From an uncultured Candidatus Saccharibacteria bacterium (GTDB taxonomy: Bacteria; Patescibacteriota; Saccharimonadia; Saccharimonadales; AWTP1-31): a stretch of DNA of 64,000 bases. The notes beneath the pieces are model-generated. The model saw nothing but the letters and a program-made list of their open reading frames with translations. It had not been told where the DNA came from and did not search any database. The stretch spans positions 151,547-215,546 of the forward strand of contig CALCZR010000059.1 in NCBI GenBank assembly GCA_937903325.1. The letters are read 5' to 3'. Shown in pieces: positions 51,850 through 59,800 of the stretch; within the stretch, counting starts at the first letter, position 1; each line of letters opens with the position of its first letter. Made by a program: the position numbers and the translations under genes.

Positions 51850-52467
51850 GTGTTTGATGTACGGTTTGTAGGAGCTATCGGGTGTCTGGTTATCGCCGGT
51901 ATTGCTCTTATTCTCCTGATGCGTGAACGTACCTGGGCACGAGATAAATACCGAAAAGAGCTCAAGATGACTATCTTGCAGCCCGACTTTATTGCCAGTC
52001 TCCGTAAAGAACTAGAGAAAGACGTCCAAACTCATGTTAAGGCAGCCATAGCACCGCTGACCAAAGAGGTGGGTGAAGTAGTAGCAGATGCCAAAAAGCA
52101 AACCCTTGCTAATCTTGACGAAAGCCTCAAGGAAAATCGAGCAGCCTTGCGTGAGGCGACTGAAGAGCAAGTTGCAGTTATCAAAAACCTGGTGGCCGGG
52201 GATGCTGGTTCCTTGCAACAGAGTATGGTGACCTTACAGAAAGACATCGAAGACCTGCAGCAAGAACACCAAGCCGTGCTGGCCGATTACCGAACCAAGG
52301 TACTTGCCCGAGTAAAAACACTTGTTGACGAGCAGGCTGCAGATCTTCTGGCGGATTACCTACAAAGTAGCCTGCAAGGCCTAGAGCTTGGTGACCAACA
52401 GGAATTTATCTTAGCTCGTCTCGATGCTAACAAAGACGCGCTATTCAAGGAGCTCGGTAATGACTAG
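51850..52467 (+). CDS. atpF: ATP synthase b-subunit-like protein
   Basis: A single N-terminal TM helix and a long coiled-coil sit between the c-like and delta-like genes in a 205-aa product. Confidence 0.5.
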   Translation: MFDVRFVGAIGCLVIAGIALILLMRERTWARDKYRKELKMTILQPDFIASLRKELEKDVQTHVKAAIAPLTKEVGEVVADAKKQTLANLDESLKENRAALREATEEQVAVIKNLVAGDAGSLQQSMVTLQKDIEDLQQEHQAVLADYRTKVLARVKTLVDEQAADLLADYLQSSLQGLELGDQQEFILARLDANKDALFKELGND

Positions 52468-52906
52468 GTCGGCTATTACTATTCCGGTATCTATTGCCAC
52501 ACTCGAGCAACTCAAGCACTTGTTGACTGAGCTGGATATTGCGCTGTCTAGCAAGCGAACCAAAAGGTCGTTATCTGCAGATTTACAAGCAGCACTGCAA
52601 GAGAATGGCATAGACTCACTAACGGCCCAAACTACCGCCCAACTTCGCTCGGCAGTAAGTGACCTCATTGCACAGCTACCGGTGGTGAAAGTAGTCACTG
52701 CCCAGCCACTCGAGAACGCCCAACAAGCCTCTATCCAGAAGTGGTTTACCAGTAATATTGCCCGTAGAGTTATCTTGAGCTTCAAGACAGATTCGAGCTT
52801 GCTCGCCGGAGTTATTCTGCAAACACCAGAAAACCGTTACGACTTTTCATTGCAAGCAGGACTGTCTACCGGCCGCGCCTTACTAGCTAAGCGGGTGGCC
52901 GCGTGA
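52460..52906 (+). CDS. atpH: ATP synthase delta (OSCP)-like subunit
   Basis: The C-terminus RVILSFKTDSSLLAGVILQTPENRYDFSLQAGL fits the delta-subunit pattern. The ATG at 52460 overlaps the atpF stop by 8 nt, and the stop overlaps the atpA start. Confidence 0.5.
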   Translation: MTRSAITIPVSIATLEQLKHLLTELDIALSSKRTKRSLSADLQAALQENGIDSLTAQTTAQLRSAVSDLIAQLPVVKVVTAQPLENAQQASIQKWFTSNIARRVILSFKTDSSLLAGVILQTPENRYDFSLQAGLSTGRALLAKRVAA

Positions 52907-54315
52907 GCCAGCTGTTTAATCGTCTGGTGGCAGCCAATATGCCGGTTGGTGAAATCGTGGCGGCTAACCGTTTTATCCTGACGGTCACTGGTATGCCAGG
53001 CATCATGCTGGGTAGTCAGGTGGTGACCGAAGACGGAAACTTAGGTTTTGTTCGCAGTATTGCCGACGAACTCGTGACAGTGGATCTACTGACTAGTGAA
53101 AACGCGGTTGTTGGTAGCGGCATTGTTATGTACAAGCCAGAGCTGACCATTGCTCCCAGCCGTTCCTTACTCGGTCGAGTTGTTGACCCCCTCCTAAAAG
53201 GGCTCGATGGTGGATCGCCTATTCTGTCTAAGGAATCATATCCGGTGTTTGCACCGGCTCCGACGTTTGCAGAGCGTGTCATGTTGAATCAGCAGCTGGA
53301 GACAGGTGTTACCGTAGTAGACACTTTGTTCCCGATTGTCATGGGACAGCGTATTGCCATTATGGGGGATGCTAAGTCTGGTAAGACCAGCTTTGCAGCC
53401 CAAGCGGCTGTTAACCAAGCTCGCATAGGGCGCATTGTGGTATTTGTACTCATAGCTAAACGTAAGACAGATGTCGAACAACTTGTAGATTACCTTGAAA
53501 CCAATGGTACTCTCAAGAACACTGTCATTATCGTGGCCGACAGTCTTGCCGCCTTGCCGCTGGCGTTCCTGGCACCATATTCCGGTGCGGCGGTGGCCGA
53601 ATACTTCTGGCACAATGATTCGGACGTCGTAATTATCTACGACGATCTGGCTAGCCACGCCAAAGTCTACCGAGAGATGTCACTACTCGGCGACGCTTCA
53701 CCGGGCCGTGAATCATATCCTGGGGACATGTTCTACCGACATTCGTCACTCCTGGAACGAGCGGGCAAGCTCAAGGTTAACCAGCGATCGTTGTCGGCCC
53801 TGCCAATTATGACTACTAGCAACAACGACATAACCAGTCACTTATCTACCAGTCTTATTTCTATTACTGACGGACAGATTATCTTTGACACCGAGGAAAT
53901 GCAGAAGGGTGCCACACCACCGGTTAATGTGGGCTTAAGTGTTTCGCGTGTTGGTGGTCGTGCGCAAGAAAGTATGCAAAAGGCTATGGCTCAGGATATC
54001 TTTACGACGCTGGCCTCCTACCGACAAGCAAGTGAGTTTGCACACTTTGGCCAAGAACTACCCGACCAGTACCGTCAGGCACTGCGACTGGGTGATCGAA
54101 TCCGGACATTCTTTAACCAGGCTCCTAACGAATTCTTTACGTTGCCCGAACAGCAGGTCATGCTCAAGACGGCATTTCTGGCAGGTGACAAAATGCTGGA
54201 CATGCCAGCTATTAAGAAGGCGGTGAAGAAGGCGGTGAATAGTGCCTTGGCCTCTGAGACACACAGTGATCTAGCCCAGAAGATGGTTGAAAAGCACGTG
54301 GAGCATAAATCATGA
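52903..54315 (+). CDS. atpA: F1 ATP synthase alpha subunit (divergent)
   Basis: LLGRVVDPL...VDTLFPIVMGQRIAIMGDAKSGKTSFAAQAAVNQ carries a Walker A of GDAKSGKT against the canonical GDRQTGKT, and DELS is replaced by DDLA. The product is 470 aa. Confidence 0.85.
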   Translation: MSQLFNRLVAANMPVGEIVAANRFILTVTGMPGIMLGSQVVTEDGNLGFVRSIADELVTVDLLTSENAVVGSGIVMYKPELTIAPSRSLLGRVVDPLLKGLDGGSPILSKESYPVFAPAPTFAERVMLNQQLETGVTVVDTLFPIVMGQRIAIMGDAKSGKTSFAAQAAVNQARIGRIVVFVLIAKRKTDVEQLVDYLETNGTLKNTVIIVADSLAALPLAFLAPYSGAAVAEYFWHNDSDVVIIYDDLASHAKVYREMSLLGDASPGRESYPGDMFYRHSSLLERAGKLKVNQRSLSALPIMTTSNNDITSHLSTSLISITDGQIIFDTEEMQKGATPPVNVGLSVSRVGGRAQESMQKAMAQDIFTTLASYRQASEFAHFGQELPDQYRQALRLGDRIRTFFNQAPNEFFTLPEQQVMLKTAFLAGDKMLDMPAIKKAVKKAVNSALASETHSDLAQKMVEKHVEHKS

Positions 54316-55163
54316 ATGCCCATACCCGAATCCTCAAAGACGAACTCCAAACTGTACGGGTCATAGAGGACCTAACGGAAGTGTTCCAGAACACTTCCAG
54401 CGTAAAGATCCGCTCTATTCGGAAGCAGGTGTTAAGTTCCAAAATGTTCTACAACGACCTGTGGGATATTTACCAACAACTTAGAACTGAAACGCGCATA
54501 TCGCTACGGGATGCAGCGAGTAGTGACAAAGAACTATTTCTGTTTATCGCTTCTCCGGCGGGGTTGGCGGGGCAGAACGATGAGCAGATTATGCGTGACC
54601 TCAAAGAACACTACAACCCCGCCCGCCAAGACGTGGTGGTTATTGGCTCGCACGGAGCCCAACTGCTCAAACAGCATGGCATTAAGCCGGTTAGGGCTTT
54701 TGAAGTGCCGGACATTACTAAAGACTTTTCAGTGACACCGATCGTCGATATTATCCGTTCCTACGAAACAGCCGTAGCTTTTTATGACGCCTATCTTTCA
54801 TTAACTACCCAGCAGTCTGCCAAGCGTCAGTTCCTACTGGAAGCCCAACAGCTAACAGATGAAGAGCGGGCATTAATCGAAACGGGCGAGGCTGAGATTA
54901 TTGCATCCGGTAACTACATTTTCGAGCCGTCACTTGAGGTAGCGATCTTAACTTTGGAGCAAACTATGTTGTATACCACCGTCACGCAGTTGCTACTGGA
55001 ATCACGTCTGGCGCAGCTGGCTAGCCGCTTTACCAACATGACATTGGCTCATGAACGTGCAGTGAAGCAGCGCAAGAAAACCTTCCTAGAATTTTTATCG
55101 AGTAAGCGTACCGAACGCGACGAACTAACACGGCAAATTACCATTGCAGCAAGGGGGGTATAG
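54312..55163 (+). CDS. atpG: F1 ATP synthase gamma subunit
   Basis: The 283-aa ORF sits between alpha and beta with ATGA overlaps on both sides and has conserved N- and C-terminal helices. Confidence 0.65.
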   Translation: MNAHTRILKDELQTVRVIEDLTEVFQNTSSVKIRSIRKQVLSSKMFYNDLWDIYQQLRTETRISLRDAASSDKELFLFIASPAGLAGQNDEQIMRDLKEHYNPARQDVVVIGSHGAQLLKQHGIKPVRAFEVPDITKDFSVTPIVDIIRSYETAVAFYDAYLSLTTQQSAKRQFLLEAQQLTDEERALIETGEAEIIASGNYIFEPSLEVAILTLEQTMLYTTVTQLLLESRLAQLASRFTNMTLAHERAVKQRKKTFLEFLSSKRTERDELTRQITIAARGV

Positions 55164-56572
55164 TGGCTGCTAAAACACATGCTGGGCAAGTCGGGTATAT
55201 TCGTTCACTGAATGATCTGTTTGTTGTTATTCGACTAACCAGCGAACAGCGGCCCGGAGCTGGGCAGACCCTCACTATTGTTGATAAGCCGGAGGTGATA
55301 CTCTTGGTTGAGGCCTCCACTGAAGATACCGTCTACTGTCTGAACATTTTTGGTTCACCAAACATCCAACAGCATGACGTTGTATTGATCGGTGACCAGT
55401 CAATTATGTTGCCGTCTGGCCAATCTGTTTTGGGGCGAGTATTTGATTCAATGGGTCGAGTGATTGACGGTGAAGGAGACTTCAAGGGCGGACACAAGCT
55501 GCCAATGCGTACGGTTGTTAAGCAGCAGCTGGGCAAGAAGAATAAGCCCGAAGTTTTGGAAACAGGTATCAAGGTTATTGATTTCCTAGCTCCCTTCGTG
55601 AAAGGCCGGCGTATCGGCATTATAGGTGGTGCGGGTGTCGGTAAAACAGTATTAACCACCGAAATGATGCACAACGTGGCCGACAAGAAAGCAGCACTCA
55701 GCTTCTTTGTCGGTATTGGTGAGCGTATCCGTGAAGGGCACGAACTATACCATACCCTTAAGGACCGCGGGCTCGGTGAATCGACCGTCATGTTCATGGG
55801 GCAGATGAACGAAAACGCTGCGCTCCGTTCACTGGTTGGTCCGTCCGCCGCAACGGTGGCCCACTCATTTACCGAACAGGGTAAGGACGTACTGTTCTTC
55901 GTTGATAACATCTACCGTTTTGTGCAGGCTCGTAATGAACTGGCTGCCATGCGTGGTACCACGCCAAGTGAGGGTGGCTACCAGGCTAGTCTGTTCTCGG
56001 ATTTGCACCGTTTCGAAGATTCACTTCATGCCACTGAAAAGGGAAGTATTACGTCTATCCAGTCCATCTTTATCCCGGCAGATGACCTCAGTGATCCGGC
56101 GGTAGTCGAGATTAGCCAACAACTTGACTCCACTATTGTGCTGTCTCGTGATGTCTTTGAGCGCGGTATATTCCCGGCGGTTGATCTACTTAACACCACG
56201 AGCTCACTCATCACCCCAGAGATACTCGGAGAACGCCACTTTAACCTTGTGGGCCGAGTTAAGGCCGTGATGCGTAAGTACTACAGTCTGCGTACCATTA
56301 TTGCTATTGTCGGTGAAAGTGAGTTGTCACCAGAGGATCGACTAGACTACGAACGGGCTCAAGAACTCACCCAGTTCTTCTCGCAGCGTATGTTTGTAAC
56401 AGAAGACCTCAGCGGTAAAAAAGGCGAGTACTTTACCCGCGAGCAAACCCTGAAGGGTGTTGAAAAGATCCTAAATGGTACCAGCACGCCAGCGCCAACA
56501 GAACCACCAAAGGAAGAAGCCGAAGCCAATACGGCACAGGCCGATACTACCAATGAAGCACCTCACAGCTAA
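55163..56572 (+). CDS. atpD: F1 ATP synthase beta subunit
   Basis: GGAGVGKTVLTTEMMHNV (Walker A) and VLFFVDNIYRFVQARNELAAMRG...DDLSDPA are present. Confidence 0.95.
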   Translation: MAAKTHAGQVGYIRSLNDLFVVIRLTSEQRPGAGQTLTIVDKPEVILLVEASTEDTVYCLNIFGSPNIQQHDVVLIGDQSIMLPSGQSVLGRVFDSMGRVIDGEGDFKGGHKLPMRTVVKQQLGKKNKPEVLETGIKVIDFLAPFVKGRRIGIIGGAGVGKTVLTTEMMHNVADKKAALSFFVGIGERIREGHELYHTLKDRGLGESTVMFMGQMNENAALRSLVGPSAATVAHSFTEQGKDVLFFVDNIYRFVQARNELAAMRGTTPSEGGYQASLFSDLHRFEDSLHATEKGSITSIQSIFIPADDLSDPAVVEISQQLDSTIVLSRDVFERGIFPAVDLLNTTSSLITPEILGERHFNLVGRVKAVMRKYYSLRTIIAIVGESELSPEDRLDYERAQELTQFFSQRMFVTEDLSGKKGEYFTREQTLKGVEKILNGTSTPAPTEPPKEEAEANTAQADTTNEAPHS

Positions 56573-56816
56573 CCCCGAGCTTACCGTAAAAGCCTATTCC
56601 ATGAAGGAAGTCATGTTTGAGGGCAAGGCTTTTTCGTTATCTGCTGCTAACAAAATTGGACCACTCGATGTGCTTCCTGGACACGCCAATATGCTCGCCA
56701 TATTAACCGACTGCACAGTGGTCATTGAGACTGAACAGGGTGAGAAGACATTTCAAATCGATAACGGCATTCTGAAGGTTTCTAGTAACCAAGTTTCGCT
56801 GTTTATTAATCTCTAG
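56553..56816 (+). CDS. atpC: F1 ATP synthase epsilon subunit (N-terminal beta-sandwich only)
   Basis: ELTVKAYSMKEVMFEGKAFSLSAANKIGPLDVLPGHANMLAIL fits the epsilon N-terminal domain. The 87-aa product has no C-terminal helical hairpin. The ATG at 56553 overlaps atpD by 20 nt. Confidence 0.6.
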   Translation: MKHLTANPELTVKAYSMKEVMFEGKAFSLSAANKIGPLDVLPGHANMLAILTDCTVVIETEQGEKTFQIDNGILKVSSNQVSLFINL

Positions 56817-56852
56817 CTGCAACCATATGTAACAGGGTAATCATGCTAAAAT

Positions 56853-59800
56853 ATGTATAAGCATGAGCACAGTACTATGAGGGTTATTGGCACACGTACG
56901 GTGCACAGAATACGGGCAGGGGTTACCCGACTGTTTCCTATACTTAAAACCATACTGGCCATTGGTGTTCCATCGCTTGTCGTGTTGGGTGTCAGTTGGA
57001 TACCTTTAACGCAGCGTCTGTATAACAACTTAGACCAAGCACCGAGCCAAATCTCTAACACTAGTGTCTCGTCCTATCTACTTGTCTCTACGGTCATCGC
57101 TCTAGGAATTGGTATTGCTCTGTATCTGCTTATTGACTATCGGCAACACCGAAAACCCCTTAAAGTTGCTATGCCGACGATTCGCTACAACCTCCGGCAC
57201 CACGTTCGAGTGGTAACATTACCATTAGCACGGAGTAAGTGGAAGGTGCTTACATTCAGTACTGTAAAGGGGCTTGCTAGCTTTGCACTGGTGGGGGTGG
57301 CGATTGTTTTTGGGGTGCAGCACCTTGCTCAAGCAAAGAATTTTGACATTACTATTGCCGGTGACGGTGCCGGAAGATTTGTTGCATTCACGCCAACACC
57401 AAAAATTAGAGGGACCGCCGCGCCAAATAGCGTACTGTCCGTTACCGTGGACAACACGCTGGTGGGCACGACAACAGTTAACACTAAAGGTCAGTGGGTG
57501 TACCAGCCAACTTCTAATCTCTCCATTGGTGAGCATAGTATCAAGGTAAGTTCCTTTGAGTCAGGAAAATACACATACATGGAGAGCGACCAAGGGTTGG
57601 CTGTCATTAATACGCTGGAGCATCGTGTCTCTGGCAATATACCATTACCCATGGACGTTATAAGCGAAGCCGGTAACCCTACTAATAAAACGACAACGGT
57701 AGCCACTCAGACAGTTGCCGGAAAAGTCTACGCCCTGTCAGCGCCTAATACTAACGGTGGAACTCCGAACTTTAGCAGTGGTTATGTAACAATAGTTAAT
57801 GCAGCTGATGGGACGGTTATTAAAAACCTCGCGCTATCTTTTCGTCCGTCGGTTCTTTCTGTCAGCCCAGATGGGCTGAGGGTTGTGGTGGTCGGCAGTA
57901 GTTCAGATAATAATGGACAGGAGCAGGCAACCAATATAGCTATTGTGGATGTCGCGAGCGACGAATTTTCAGGATCGGTCATATCGCTTGAAAAGCGTTA
58001 CTTTCTGACTAACGATCCTTGGCAGGGTCTATTTAGTCATGACCCAACGGTGTACCTGATCCGGACTGCCCATATGTTTTACTCCATAAATCTCGATACT
58101 GGTTCGGTCGCACAGCTTGACCTGACCACCTACACTTTCAACGACACGTATCGAATGGGCAGCCTCAAAGTTAATCTGGCACACAACAGTAACACGGTGT
58201 ATCTGCTAGGCGATGAAGTGGTCATCAAAGTTGACCTCGATAGCTTTACGGTTGTTTCAGACATCGATACCCACGATGGCTTTATCTATACCACGCCTAC
58301 TGCGGCTTTTATAACTAACGACGACAGTAAATTGATCTACCTGGATGCACGCACGACTGCCGGTAGTGGGGTCAGACGGATGATTACAATCGATCTAAAT
58401 ACAGAGACCATACTGACTCCACTACTATTGAACGATACTATGCGATTGCCAGATGAAATAATAACTGACAGTGCGCAGCACAAGGCATATTTTGTCTTTG
58501 AAGATGACAGTAACCAACAAATTGCGGCAGAGATTGTTGTAGCTGACCTGGTAAACAATGTCTTGCTCGCTCCTATCCCTCTTACTGATAATTATTACAG
58601 CCCGGGCAGAACTTTGTACTCCTCGCCGGTAGATCCTGATATCGCCTACTACCTTGATAATATTGAGAGTGATCAAACCACAGGCAACGTGTATGAACTT
58701 AACTTAGTTACTGGTGCGTCTGAGCTTATTTCAGAGATTCCCAGCTATAACATTGGGTTTACGCAGGCAGCAGGGGATACCTATCTGTTCTATGATGGAC
58801 GAGTTAATAACGAAATCGGTCTTACATACATCATGCGTAATATAACTACTGGGACGAACTATACGCTCGCATCGCCTTTTAATACCCAGCTATACACAAC
58901 ACAGCTTAGTAGCAGCGCTACTGCAACGCAATCCAGTACTGCTGAGAAGACCATACAGTTTACGGTGGCTACAGTGAGTATTACTGAGCCTTTGCCGCAG
59001 ACTCCAATTATGGGCACGAGCTACACGTTGCACGGCAAGGCATTGGCAGGGTATCAAGTCGAAGTCTTAGTTGGCGATGAGTCTAAGGGTGTTACGACAA
59101 CGGATCAAAATAATGACTGGTCCATGGAGGTCACCGGCCTAACGCCTGGCGATATTGATATAACCGCTCGGGCTAGTCTTGATTCTGTCGGTATCCCTAT
59201 ATTCTATATTTCTGCTGATTACAGCATAACTGGCTTCCATGTGTACAACGTGGAGAAAGACCAAGTGGAAGTGCATGACGATACTAACTTTGGAGGGAGT
59301 GTCCCTATCATAACGACACCTGACGGTAGTGTATCTTTTACGCTCGATTTGACACACCTTTACGAAAACCAAGGTGAAGGGCTAATACACAAATACAACA
59401 TTGTAACGAAGCAGAACGAGGGCGATCTCATTTTACCTGATGAGTATGTCGACGAGATATTCTCCAATAGCATGAACTTCTTCTCCGAAGACGGAAAGCT
59501 CCTATACTTTCTTGACTCCGACGACACCGACAGCTTTCTGGCGCTTGATGTAGAGACACTTACGTATACCCAGGCAAGCCTTGGTATAAACAGTAATGAC
59601 TTCAGTATCTCCTATGGGGATATGCAGCAGGTTTCCCAAAGTGCCGATAGGCGATATGTGTATCTACCAGGATGGGAAGACAATTCGATACATGTGCTCG
59701 ACACCAACACTAAGCAGATGCAGGTAATCACTGTTGGCAGGACGGTAGGGGCGGTTATGACTCCGGCTCCAGGCTATATCGTTGCCGTAGTAGGAGATTA

